This document shows, piece after piece, positions 23,901 through 34,414 of a DNA stretch of 64,000 nt (its first letter is position 1; the number at the start of each line of letters is the position of its first letter). The stretch spans positions 175,770,001 through 175,834,000 of the forward strand of contig NC_042997.1 of NCBI RefSeq assembly GCF_006345805.1, in the 5' to 3' direction. Origin of the DNA: Octopus sinensis (Eukaryota). Under the pieces are notes generated by a model. The model had not been told where the DNA came from, made no database searches, and saw only the letters and a program-made list of their open reading frames with translations. The position numbers and the translations under genes were made by a program.

Positions 23901-24814
23901 AGCAAATCGACCCCAGGACTTATTCTTTGTAAGCCTAGTACTTATTCTATCTGACTCCTTTGCAGAACTACTAAATTACGAGGACGTAAACACACCAGCA
24001 TCGGTTGTTAAGCGATGTTGGGGGGACAATACAGACATACAAACACACACACACACACACACACACGCATATACATATATACGACGGGCTTCTTTCAGTT
24101 TCCGTCTACCAAATCCACTCACAAGGCTTTGGTTGGCCCTGGTGCCATGCAGTGGGACTGAACCTGGAACCATGTGGTTGGTAAGCAAGCTACTTACCAC
24201 ACAGCCGCTCCTGCACCTATATATTGAAGATCAATTTTCATTGGGCTTTTAATTGCTGTTATATAAATACTTAAAAGATTTTGATTACCTGGAAAATGGC
24301 ACAAAAGCTAAAGGTACAGTGTTCAGTGATACAACAGTTAATGGTGAATACTTTCAATAAACTATTAATGAATTAAAAACCTACATGGTAGCACTAAAAT
24401 GTAGTGATCATTGTTTAGTAGGACTAAGTACCTTGCCAAGTGGATTGTAAACCAGATTAGACTCTTAGTTGAAATTGTTCAAATTTCCTGATCCAGCTAA
24501 ATTGTTTCTGTTGCAAAACAAACCCAAGACCTTGAACCAGTTTTTGAAATCAATTTTGTAATCAATATATGCTTAATAATATATGTTGTACAATGTAAAA
24601 TTTATATATATTTATACTGTCCAACCCATGCCAGCATGGAAGGTCGATGTTAAACAATGATGATGATGATGATATAAGATATTTATTTCTCATTTCAGCT
24701 GAAGACACAGAGAGGAATGATGGCTCTCCTGATCGTCCCTATTACATGAGCACACAGCTGATGAAGATTTTGGGGAAGAAGAACAAGTTGCTTAATAGCA
24801 ACAATTCAAATTAA
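1059..24814 (+). CDS. SLC44A2-like: Choline transporter-like protein (CTL/SLC44A2/4/5 family), 3' part of a multi-exon gene; 5' exons lie upstream of the window
   Basis: Exons 1059-1190, 1570-1669, 6572-6664, 6943-7042, 11467-11516, 12165-12341, 14453-14581, 15990-16059, 17186-17259, 18215-18285, (20741-20841 or 22334-22425), 23382-23466, 24699-24814 join in frame at AG/GT sites. Family motifs: [100 protein letters not shown]. Confidence 0.95.
1570..1669 (+). CDS. SLC44A2-like: CTL exon (GIICSVIF...[10 protein letters not shown])
   Basis: ttttcAG / GTAAGA; transmembrane stretch plus IKEAS motif. Confidence 0.93.
1769..2121. mobile_element. TTAA-CCCTTT MITE family B (piggyBac-type ends), interrupted by a ~150 bp insert (about 1792-1940)
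   Basis: ends ttgaccctttagcatt / aatgctaaaggataa; body matches 19931-20161 and 27703-27921. Confidence 0.75.
2385..2935. mobile_element. Two tRNA-derived SINE-A copies in opposite orientation (2385-2545 +, 2550-2935 -)
   Basis: head GTGGCTGTGTGGTAAG...GGTTCAGTCCC (A/B boxes); matches 33200-33575 and 55530-55948. Confidence 0.85.
4208..4617 (+). mobile_element. tRNA-derived SINE-B with duplicated body
   Basis: GGCGGCGAGCTGGCAGAATC...GAGTTCAAATTCC head; GCCTTTCATCCTTTCGGGGTCGATAAA core occurs twice; other copies near 1-352, 17585, 39045-39280, 56875-57085. Confidence 0.85.
5682..6380 (-). mobile_element. RTE-clade LINE 3' fragment (RT C-terminus + 3'UTR + (ATG)n tail)
   Basis: ORF 6101..6367 [15 protein letters not shown]...GRGRPKKTW...DRDLWR. 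Confidence 0.9.
6572..6664 (+). CDS. SLC44A2-like: CTL exon ([12 protein letters not shown]...YWITSA)
   Basis: tttgtAG acceptor; ends at U12-type donor GTATCCTTT. Confidence 0.92.
6665..6942 (+). other. U12-type (minor spliceosome) GT-AG intron
   Basis: 5'SS GTATCCTTT, branch site TTCCTTAAT at 6925-6933 about 10 nt before an AAG 3'SS, no polypyrimidine tract; splicing preserves frame (AT+A = Ile). Confidence 0.92.
6943..7042 (+). CDS. SLC44A2-like: CTL exon ([11 protein letters not shown]...HCNNHN)
   Basis: in frame after the U12 intron; GTAAGT donor. Confidence 0.88.
7979..8189. repeat. Foldback/inverted repeat, ~95 bp imperfect arms
   Basis: AAGATGGAATGAACAGG...CCTGTTCATTCCATCTT and ATTAGTATCAGCT...AGCTGATACTAAT. 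Confidence 0.85.
8330..8820 (-). mobile_element. RTE 3'UTR-derived repeat with internal duplication and tandem units
   Basis: same terminus as 10128-11295; block 8440-8545 is repeated at 8549-8652. Confidence 0.8.
9135..9470 (-). mobile_element. tRNA-derived SINE-C
   Basis: reverse strand GGCGCATGGCTCAGTGGTTAGAGCG...GAGCTCGAATCCC; related copies at 14860-15095, 35060-35366, 36985-37275, 51057-51222, 60420-60724. Confidence 0.8.
9585..10120 (+). mobile_element. RTE 3'UTR fragment with diverged tandem units
   Basis: collinear with 58735-59247; ends AAATGATGATG. Confidence 0.8.
10128..11295 (+). mobile_element. RTE-clade LINE 3' end: RT C-terminal ORF, 3'UTR with ~60 bp tandem array, (ATG)n tail
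   Basis: ORF 10203..10667 MLHGSETW...[13 protein letters not shown]...GRGRPRKTW; array about 10790-11135. Confidence 0.92.
11467..11516 (+). CDS. SLC44A2-like: CTL 50-nt exon ([16 protein letters not shown])
   Basis: ctttAG / GTAAGT; phase 0-2 is needed to bridge the neighbouring exons; supplies the C-x-F loop cysteine. Confidence 0.85.
12165..12341 (+). CDS. SLC44A2-like: CTL exon (YAVAFEVF...GAFATYYW...FGRAIR)
   Basis: ctatAG / GTAACA; hallmark motif. Confidence 0.95.
12468..13700 (+). mobile_element. Tc1-family DNA transposon, near full length, frameshifted transposase
   Basis: TIRs CAGGGGCTGGACAAAATA / TATTTTGTCCAGCCCCTC followed by TA; catalytic remnants [31 protein letters not shown] (DD34E type). 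Confidence 0.92.
13748..13860. repeat. 113 bp near-perfect hairpin
   Basis: AAAGTTTTGTGGGGCCTCTAACAGAA...TTCTGTTAGAGGCCCCACAAAACTTT. Confidence 0.9.
14453..14581 (+). CDS. SLC44A2-like: CTL exon ([12 protein letters not shown]...ARFML)
   Basis: tttttAG / GTATGT; hallmark motif. Confidence 0.95.
15990..16059 (+). CDS. SLC44A2-like: CTL exon ([23 protein letters not shown])
   Basis: atttAG / GTAAAG; hallmark motif. Confidence 0.95.
17186..17259 (+). CDS. SLC44A2-like: CTL exon ([24 protein letters not shown])
   Basis: tttcAG / GTAATT. Confidence 0.95.
18215..18285 (+). CDS. SLC44A2-like: CTL exon ([23 protein letters not shown])
   Basis: ttgcAG / GTGAGT. Confidence 0.95.
18578..18862 (-). 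mobile_element. RTE (BovB-like) LINE 3' fragment
   Basis: reverse translation [29 protein letters not shown]...RGRG*PRTCWLD; near-identical copy at 56165-56390. Confidence 0.85.
19931..20161. mobile_element. TTAA-CCCTTT MITE family B
   Basis: TTAACCCTTTAG...CTAAAGGGTTAA. Confidence 0.85.
20741..20841 (+). CDS. SLC44A2-like: Putative alternative (mutually exclusive) CTL exon A ([34 protein letters not shown])
   Basis: ttttacttgtAG / GTGAGTA; open in the required frame; same 1-0 phase and similar length as exon 22334-22425. Confidence 0.7.
22334..22425 (+). CDS. SLC44A2-like: CTL exon B, family-like version ([31 protein letters not shown])
   Basis: tttccAG / GTGAGTA; resembles the CTL 'P.LNYY..P' segment. 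Confidence 0.93.
23382..23466 (+). CDS. SLC44A2-like: CTL exon ([28 protein letters not shown])
   Basis: tttcAG / GTAAGT; hallmark motif. Confidence 0.95.
23840..24220 (-). mobile_element. SINE-A
   Basis: reverse complement of the 33200-33575 family. Confidence 0.85.
24699..24814 (+). CDS. SLC44A2-like: CTL last coding exon ([37 protein letters not shown])
   Basis: tttcAG acceptor; stop TAA at 24812-24814. Confidence 0.95.
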
Positions 24815-27290
24815 GCTCTTTACATTTGCTCATATAGCATTTACCATAAGAAACAAAACATTATTGCAGTTATACACCTATTGCAGATTATCTTATGTGA
24901 CTGAAGCACTCCCAGAGAAAAGCTGGAGTCGTCTTAATTTATTTCCTATCATTTCTTTTTGTTTGTTCTCGTTTTGTTTTAGTTATAAGCTAAACATTTT
25001 CTTACACACTACATTTAAAAAGAAAGTATATGAATTACTTATTTTTACTCTTTTGTTCTAGTGAAACTAAGTTTTTACAGATGTTAACATTCATAATTTC
25101 TGTTGCCTTTTCCATTCTAATTCATTACATATTTATTTGAGAATTTTTCTTTTTTGTCATAAACCCACATAGTTTAAAGTTCGACCTAGACTCCTTGAAA
25201 TATTCATTTGATTAGTATAAAGAGGAAATTTTGTTGGTTGAGTGTTCTTTTAAAAATTTGTTAAGATTGAATGTTTCATTAACGAACATTGTTATATGTA
25301 AAGTTGAAAGAGTTATATCAGTGTTATGGAATATTGATTTATAAACGTATTCCTGTCTCTTTTCCTTATACAAAATCTGTACTAATGTAAAAAAAAAAAA
25401 AGAAGTAATTTCTTAGTTTGTAGAAAGATCAGTTTATAATAATTTTATTGATTGTTTTATTCTATCAAAATCTGATCATCCATTTGATGAGTTCCTCTAT
25501 TGGATTTTTATATCAACTGCTCCTGACAAAATCTTTCACTTCAAATATCACGTGAAAGTTAATTATTCATCCATTCATTGGAGTTTGCTGAATTTCCATT
25601 TCTCATTATCATCTTTATATATATATATAATATCTTTTGATTGTCATTACATTTAACTCTATATTTTGTTTAATCAATGTATTTCTTTATACATTAAGTA
25701 AACAAATATTTCTTTTCTTAAAAGTAAAACTGCCACTATGTTTTCTGTTTTTTTCTTGCCAACTCACTGTGAATAGAACATGCTAACTTTAGATTGATAA
25801 AAAAAATCTGTACAATAGAATTAATGAGTTATTTTAATCCAGTTTTTTGTACTGAAACTGTAAAAAGACAAATAGACTGGTTTTTAAATGTTTCTGTCTC
25901 ATAATTTGGATTAAAGTTTTGTATTCCTGTAGATATCCATCTTTTCCCTTTGTTATCATTGCATAAGTTGAATATTAATTTCTTACATGCTACAAAAACA
26001 ACAATATTCTACAAGATATTAGTTAATTTCATAAAAAAATTCCAGCAAATGTTGCACAGTAGAGTGAGTGAGTGAAGCTGCTGACAAACCAAATCTAGTT
26101 TGGTGTTTTAATTCCCAGATAGCAAACCATCACGACCTCCTAATTTCTGCTGCTATAAAGCAAAGCGATGTTGTAAGAAATTAATATTGAAAGAGATGAC
26201 TAGTTTCAGTTTTGTTTTCAAATCAAAAGATTTTTCTATCTTCTACTTTATAGAACTGACACATTTCTTAACCCACCTACCAAACTCATCTTAAGTGTTT
26301 TTATCAATTTGATGACAAGCTAATCCACGCTTGCTTAATGTTACTCAGATTTTAATTAACTGACATTATGTTATATGGATTAATTTGTATTTCCATTTGA
26401 TACATATATATGCTCATAGAAAAACCATATACATCTGCTAATATTTGGTGTTTTTACACTTTGCCTTCCCATCTTTTCAAGAGATGGCTATCTCACTTGT
26501 CAAAAGTTGACCCTTTGCTAAGGGCATTTTGCTTTGTGGAGAAGTTACTATAGATTTGTGATTATCTCAGAAACTGTACCACAAAGTAATTGAATATTTC
26601 ACCAAATTGCTAACCAGTCTCCACTTTCGTTTCCAATATCATTACATTCATTCATTTAAATCTTTTTTTTTTTCCTTTCTAAATACTTCATATATTGAGA
26701 TTCTGCTGCTAACTGCTCTATTTCAGCTGCTCAACCAAATGTATGAGACAGCTTGTTTAATTTCCATCATTTCTGCAAAAGCATCATTATAAAATCATTA
26801 TCTGGCCTTTTCTCACAAACCATTATCTGGCCTTAACAAGCAGTGTTTAAGAAAAACTGAATTGTGAAGTGACTTTTACTATTCAAAGTCAATATAACTT
26901 TCTATTAATTAACATTTCACTGAGATATTTCTAAATTCCACATTAGCTTAATGTATTTTTAAATGACTGGATATTCACACTAGTTACAAATTCATTAATT
27001 AAAAAAAAAGAAACAAAGTGACAAATTTTTATCTCTGTATCAGTATTTATCAATGTTTGTTTTTCATTGTATTCTACATGTTCAAGAAGTTTCTCCGCAA
27101 TTAGAAATGAAAAACTCTGGAAGAGATCTTGCACTTGAGATATATATAATTTAGCTGAACATTGGAAAAAATATATATAAAGTAAAAGCAATAATTTGGT
27201 TTCAAAAGCTTTTAATCAAATATTTTTCCATTTATTTTTATGTGTGTGAATATCTTTGAATAAAGATGTCTGCATTCTTCCATGTTTTTG
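24815..27290 (+). promoter_or_regulatory. Probable ~2.4 kb 3'UTR with polyA signal AATAAA at 27259-27264
   Basis: AT-rich stretch with no recognisable transposons after the stop; AATAAA followed by T/GT-rich sequence; repeats resume at 27479. Confidence 0.55.
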
Positions 27291-27478
27291 AAGTTATAAA
27301 TTTTGCCCAGATTTTTTCAATGACTTGGTTATTGTTTGTTATATACTGATGGTAGTGAAATAATTTTATTATATCTCAGCATAGAGAAACAGACATGTGA
27401 CACTGGTGACTGCAAGGGAGGGAATAAATGCTTGCAAAAGTATCTGCACTAAACACATTCGAAGACCAAATGATGGTA

Positions 27479-27921
27479 TTAACCCTTTTGTTACTGTATT
27501 TATTTTGAGATGCTCTGTGTTTGTTTCAATTAATTTTAAATATAACAAAGAATTTAGTAAAATAACTTAGTTGTCATTCAGCTAGTGTTAGGAACATAAT
27601 TGTGACTAAGGTTTGATGGAAGATTTTAATTCAAAAGTTATGGAAACAAGACATTTGTACTCAGAGCCAGAGCCGGTTTCAGCCGGGCTGGTAACAAAAG
27701 GGTTAACTCTTTAGTTTTCGCATTATTCTGCCAAAATTAATGCCTTTTTATCCACATTGTTTTGAACTAATCATGCATTATCTTGTAGCGATGAGATTTT
27801 GATGAGGGAATTGTTAATTTTTAAAATGATATTGTAGAGTTGGTGTGAGAGACCAGATCTAGCTAGTTTGACCATGAAACAGGCAGAATACTTTTGGCCG
27901 GTTTAAATGCAAAAGGGTTAA
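27479..27921. mobile_element. Two adjacent TTAA MITEs (family A 27479-27706, family B 27703-27921) sharing one TTAA
   Basis: TTAACCCTTTTGTTAC...GTAACAAAAGGGTTAA followed directly by TTAACTCTTT...AAAGGGTTAA. Confidence 0.85.
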
Positions 27922-28582
27922 ACCAGATGACAGATTAAGTTTAACACCTAAAACAGGTACAGTCTAACTGACAGGCTTCCACATACTGACTTCTATTGAG
28001 ATGGCTAGATCCAACCTGAGAGTACTGGGGGTACAGGGCAGATATTGCAATTAGTCTGATTGACAGTTAACAAGTGTTACTTATTGCACGAGAGTTAAAG
28101 AATTTGTATTAAGAAAAGACTTCTAAAACTAAAATTAAAAAATGCTTATTCCAACAAGTGTTAAACAATACATTGATGAAACCCTTTTCACCAAACTACC
28201 TTGAATGCCCATCATATATATGTGTGTGTCTGTGTCTGTTTGCCCCTGTAATTTAGCAATTTGGCAAAAGAGACCGATAGAATAAATACCAGTTTAAAAA
28301 AAAAAAAGCACTGGGGTTAATTCATTAAACTAAAATTCTTCAAGGTGATGCCCCAGCATGGCCACAGTCTAATGACTGAAATATAAAAGGTAATGGTTGT
28401 ATAAGTAAATGGTTAAAAGTATTTCAGACAAGAATGGGGACCTTTTTGATATATTTCCATGGATATGATATTTTTTCATTTCCTAGTACCAGAAACCAAA
28501 ACCAGAAAGTGTAAAGTTTATTGAAAAAGGAAGTCATAGAATGTTCTGGTGTATTAAATTCTCATTGATTTCTGTGCATATT

Positions 28583-28797
28583 TTAACTCTTTCATTACTT
28601 TGAAACCAACTCTGAGTACAAATGTCTTGTTTTCATAAGTTTTGAATTAAAATCTTACACCAAACCTGAGTCAAAAATTATGTTCCTAACACTAGCTTAA
28701 TGGTAACTATATTATTTTACTAAATTCTTTGTTATATTTAAAGTAATTGAAAGAAATACAGAGCATCTCAAAATAAATACAATAATGAAAGGGTTAA
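28583..28797. mobile_element. TTAA MITE family A, opposite orientation to 27479
   Basis: reverse-complement match to 27479-27706. Confidence 0.8.
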
Positions 28798-29744
28798 ATA
28801 GACAAAACAGTTTTTTTAATGTAACACTACTCAAAGAGAAGACAAGTCTCTCACTAATTACAAAGCGGACACTACATGAAAACTCAGTGAGTGGTTTACT
28901 CCAGTATCACTGGCAGGAAATAGATGGGATATAATCTTCACTTCAATGTTAGGTTAATTTAATGCAGGTGGGTAACTAGATTATCTCTGGAAAACAGGGG
29001 ACCTATTCAATAAATCTAGGTGGACTGGGAACTGAACAATATATTTGCAGGAAAAAAAGCAAATTATTCTGGCAGCCTCTTGAACAACATTTGTAGCACA
29101 AGTATTCTCGAAAATTATAAAGAAATTATCATGAAATTAATGTTTTGGGAAGTGTTTACAAGCCTATGTTTTAGAATAAACTGTGGCAAAAAACAAAATT
29201 TAATTTGGGTTTAAGGAGATGCAAAGAAATATATTGTGAAGTTTGAAGTTAAAATCTCTCCTGCACTCTCTCGTGTTTTCCCTCTTTTTTTTTTTTTTTT
29301 TACTTTTCAAAATATCTATATCCAGTACTAATATATATGCACGAATTGTTAGAATTTTCTATCCTACTCGGCCTCTTCATACCGCTCAAAGAAAGAAATG
29401 ATGCATATTTGTGCAGATAATGTAATGATTGTCAATATATTTTTTAAAAGTGCATAATCCAATACAAACTTCAATTTTACTATCTCAAGGACCAGAGAAT
29501 ACATGCTAACGATCCAGAACTTAGCTAAATCAGTTGACTGTTTTAACTACCAACAATTAAATGGTTACTCCAGAATTTCATGTCAGTGATTCTGGACATC
29601 TATTCAAATGATTTCAACCGTACTATTTCTTAAAGGAGCAAAACCTTGGAGATTATATAAAGTGCTATATTAAAAGCACCCAGCACACACTGTAAAGCAG
29701 TTGGCATTAGGAAGGGTATCCAACCATAGCAACTAAGCTAGAAA

Positions 29745-30160
29745 AGGCGGCGAGCTCGCAGAATTGTTAGCACGCCGGGCGAAATGCTTAGCGGTATTTC
29801 GCCTGATGTTACGTTCTGAGTTCAAATTCCGCCTAGGTCAACTTTTACCTTTCATCCTTTCGGGGGTCGATAAATTAAGTACCAGTTACGCACTGGGGTC
29901 GATGTAATCGACATAATACCTATGTCTGTCCTTGTTTGTCCCCTGTATGTTTAGCCCCTTGTGGGTAATAAAGAAATAGGTATTTCGCCTGTTGTTACGT
30001 TCTGAGTTCAAATTCCGCCTAGGTCAACTTTTAACCTTTCATCCTTTCGGGGTTGATAAATTAAGTACCAGTTACGCATTGGGGTCAATCTAATCGACTT
30101 ACTCCCTTTGTTTGTCCTCTCTTTGTTTAGCCCCTTGTGGGTAATAAAGAAATAAGAAAC
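29745..30160 (+). mobile_element. SINE-B with duplicated body
   Basis: same structure and junction as 4208-4617. Confidence 0.85.
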
Positions 30161-30885
30161 TAAGCTAGAACAGACTGGAATCTGGTGCAAGTGCAACTCT
30201 CCAGCTTGCCAGTTCTAGTCAAAACTATCCACCCCATGGAGCATGGAAAGCAGACATTAAAGGATGACGGTGATGATGTAGGGTGGTGAGTAGGAGGCAG
30301 ATCCACTAAGAAATTACTATCACATCCTGGAGCAGCAACAACATCTAATCATATTCATGTTTTATGTTTGCTTTCTTTAAAAGAAGGAATATTTATTATC
30401 CTAAGAGAATTGGTAATGTTGTATTGGATAAAATAAACAGTTTAAACTAGGTTGCTCACACTTCATGCTGCAAAATGGGATGAATAACTACATTAAATGA
30501 TTGATAACTACATAAATATCTATAAAGCTGAAATGCGAAAAAGTTGTTGGATTTCTTGGTTATTTGTCTCATTTTGGGATGGGAACAGTTTAAGGGGCAG
30601 TAGATGGGGTCGAATTGGCACCAAAATTTACAATGGGGTGGGCAATGATGTGAGAAGGGTTGCAAGTCGCTCGGGGCTATCGTTTGGTTACCATGGTGAG
30701 GAATATGGGAAAAGGAGAAAAGAAAGAGTGGAAGAAGATAAAGACGAAGAAAAAATAAGAAAAAGAAAAAGAGGGCAATAAAAAGAACCAGTCAAAGAAG
30801 AAAGGGAAAAAGAGACAACACCAACCCCCAAATGAAGCATGGGTCAAAATAGCTTGTCACTACAATAACATGAAAAAGTTTTTCA

Positions 30886-31236
30886 GAGGCGTGGCTGTGT
30901 GGTAAGAAGCTTGCTTCCCAACCATGTGGTTCCAGGTTCATTAGCACTGTGTGGCACTTTGAGCAACTGTCTTCTACTATAGCCTTGGGCCGACCAAAGC
31001 TTTGAGTGGATTTGGTAGACGGAAACTGGAAGAAGCCCTTCGTATATATTTGTGTGTCTGTGTTTGTTCCCCCACCACCATCGCTTGACAACCGATGTTG
31101 GTGTGTTTATGTCCCTGTAACTTAGTTGGTTGGCAAAAGAGACTGATAGAATAAAAGTCCTGGGGTCAATTTGCGTGACTAAAAAGGCGGTGCTCCAGAA
31201 CGGCCGTAGTCAAATGACTGAAACAAGTGAAAGAAT
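30886..31236 (+). mobile_element. SINE-A
   Basis: tRNA-like head and GGCGGTGCTCCAG...ACTGAAAC tail. Confidence 0.85.
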
Positions 31237-32242
31237 GCTCTCTGCGCAAGTAATGTAGTTATGTGAATGTGTGGAGGGGAGACCCAGGATTTCATGCATA
31301 CATACATAGAGAACTTCTCTCTCTCTTTCTCTCACATACACACACACACCAGCAACATTATTCTCTCTGCCTCTTCACACACACTAACTAAAGAACTTCA
31401 CATACACACCACACTGTCCTGTCTCGCACACCCCTTCAAACACACACACATACGGCACGCCAACTTCAAAAGAACTTCCCTGATCCAATCGCGCTCTCTC
31501 AGTCTCTTTCGCTTTCACGCCAACTTCAAAAGATCCCCTTTCCCCTCACCCCACATATAAAAAAAAAATTTAATTTTTACGGAAAGCGGCTATCTTCGGA
31601 AACAAACAAATACACGTGCTTTAAGAAGTGATAAACACAGTTCTCATATCGAAAGATCACCACTAAAAGTTCTATAAGGTGGTACCCCAGCATTGCTGCA
31701 GTTCAATGAATGAAACAAGTAAAAGATAAAAAGTTATAATAAATCTCTGAATGAGGTTATATTTGTATTAAAAAATGTCCAAAACCCAGCTTTAATGACG
31801 AGTGAAGATATGCAAGAGAGACAACTCCAAAATTCAAATTATTTGAATGATGCATGCTGTAGAGACAGCAATGATTTCTGACAAGAACTAGAGTGGTTCA
31901 AACTTAAAGGCAGAATTCTTCAAACCGTTAAATGGAATCAAATTATAATAAAACTATGAAACACCATGCTAACATGTTATGGTTATAATATAAATATAAG
32001 TAAATTTAAGTTTCAACGAATGTCTAAATTGCAGCCAAAAGAGAGAAATAACATGAATTCCATCACTATAAAATAAAGCTATTGAGAATGGTAATGCAGT
32101 CTTGTTAACTCTGACGTTTAAGACCCATAACCTCTAATATAGTTTAAAATAATTTCCAAGAAATATTCGGATATCACAACAAAGTTTATGAACTGTAAAA
32201 TTAGTTGTTTTGACTGGAATAGGGCTTACCATCAGCTATAAT

Positions 32243-32470
32243 CATCATTGTTCGACCGTAGTCGAAACAATGGCATTTACTATGTTACGCCAGACTTCAC
32301 GGTCCATCATAGCATTACGGAGATCCTGTTGCTGGATGCCTGTATCCCTGGAGATTACATTAGGGTAGGAGAGTGTGCGCCCTCTGGTATCGCGATCAGA
32401 TGGCTTCCAGAAGAGAAGGGTAGAAATTATCTCGTTTTCAGCTCTGCAACAATGTCCAGCAAACTGTAAA
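32243..32470 (-). mobile_element. Third RTE-like LINE 3' fragment
   Basis: reverse translation LLFWKPSDRDTRGRTLSYPNVISRDTG...AMMDREVWRNIV, then ATGATG tail. Confidence 0.7.
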
Positions 32471-33199
32471 TGTTATTAGAGTTTTGAGATCTCTTGTTTT
32501 TAGGTAGTTGAATATATTGGCATTTTGTCTACAATAGGACATGGAGCAGATATAATGAAAACTTTTCATTGTCCTAGACTCTAGAAGTGTCCAAAATCAT
32601 GGACCATGAATTATCATAAAACTTGTTGTAGCAGGAATATTAAGCAATCACCCAATGTTACATTCACTACAATATTGCCCATGTGATCCACTAAAGCTGA
32701 TTAATCATGACTTTGTGGTGAATAGGCTCCAGCAACAATCTCCTCTCTTGGTGTACTTCCTTCTGAACCTATCAACCAGTATAGTTTCTACACACTGTGG
32801 CTACTAGACTTTGGGATGCAGCAGAGTGTTGATAAGCACTATTGGAGTTGGCCAACAGAGATTGTGGACAGCAGCTGATAATACAAAGACAATGAACAGA
32901 CAGGTGAACATTGATTGACATTAGAAGTCAGCAGCTGGCAAGCAACTAACAACACTTTATCTGCTGCAACCATTACACCAGGAACAAAAACTCTTTCCAT
33001 GTTTTGTTGTACATTGTAATGACAACATTCATTTTTTGCATACAAAAAAACAAAATTTTGTTTATCAAAAGTCTCAACAGACTCCAGTATTCTTCTTTGT
33101 ACAACTGGTGACCATGTGATCAGGTTGGTGAGTGCACTGGCCTCCTCAGCTTGTGCAGTACAGTACATAAAAAAAAGAGAATTTTCTGTCAATGTTACA

Positions 33200-33575
33200 C
33201 AGGTGCAGGAGTGGTTGTGTGGTAAGTAGCTTGTTTACCAACCACATGGTTCCAGGTTCAGTCCCACTGCGTGGCACCTTGGGCAAGTGTCTTCTACTAT
33301 AGCTTCGGGCCGACCAAAGCCTTGTGAGTGGATTTGGTAGACGGAAACTGAAAGAAGCCCGTCGTATATATGTATGTGTTTGTGTCTGTTTGTCCCCCTA
33401 GCATTGCTTGACAATCAATGCTGGTGTGTTTATGTCCCCATCACTTAGTGGTTCGGCAAAAGAGACCAATAGAATAAGTACTGGGCTTACAAAGAATAAG
33501 TCTCGGGGTCGAGTTGCTTGATTAAAGGCAGTGCTCCAGCATGGTCGCAGTCAAATGACTGAAACAAGTAAAAGA
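33200..33575 (+). mobile_element. SINE-A, full length
   Basis: A/B boxes, central (TG)n, LINE-like 3' stem-loop tail. Confidence 0.88.
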
Positions 33576-34375
33576 GAGAGACCATACATATTTATTTTTG
33601 TTCTTTACTTTTCACATTCCTGGTTTTGCAGATTTTCCAAACATAAACTTGTAAAGCATTTTATGCACAAGACAGCATTGTGTACAAAAACATCTGATAA
33701 TATTATGCAATTTAACTAACATTCTTAATCTTGCATTCACCCTTTTCAAATGCATGCTTCTTTTATACATTTCACATCTGCAATCTTTACACTATTCTTA
33801 TCATTTTGTTCATTTCACCATGACCAAGAATTTTACTGGCTGAAAAGTCATACAAAATACAAAATGGATCAAATCCTGTAAAAGCTCATTTTCATTCCTT
33901 AATGCATTATGCAATATATTCCTTGAGCAAACAGGTATCATAGGGTAGGGAGGAGATTTTAGTCTCGTAGGGAACAAGGCAAGCTCATTAGAATTTGTGC
34001 CACAATAAAATACACCCAGTCTGTACTGTCTGTAAAGTAGTTTGTGTATGAACAAATGAAGACACTCTGCAATAGAGAAGACTCTACTGCACATTGCCAG
34101 GAACACCTCTAGAATGCTTATGCCCACAATGAAATGCACACTGTACACTGTAAGTGGTTAGCATTAGGAAGATTAAACTGTAGATATTGGGTTAAAAATA
34201 GAATTTACCAAGGAGACTTGGTACCTGACCTACCTAGAAGGGCAGGAATTCCAAACAAGAATGCTTCCTGTTTGTGATGACCAATCCAACCTAAGCCAAC
34301 ATAGAAAGTGGGTGAGTATGTGCGTGTGTGCAACGATGAACATGTGCACACACACATGTATATATCATTTAAACC

Positions 34376-34414
<39 letters not shown>

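Noticed and set aside
33810-34148. 112 aa minus-strand ORF
   Set aside because: No motif, no convincing splice context, and it starts at a non-ATG codon
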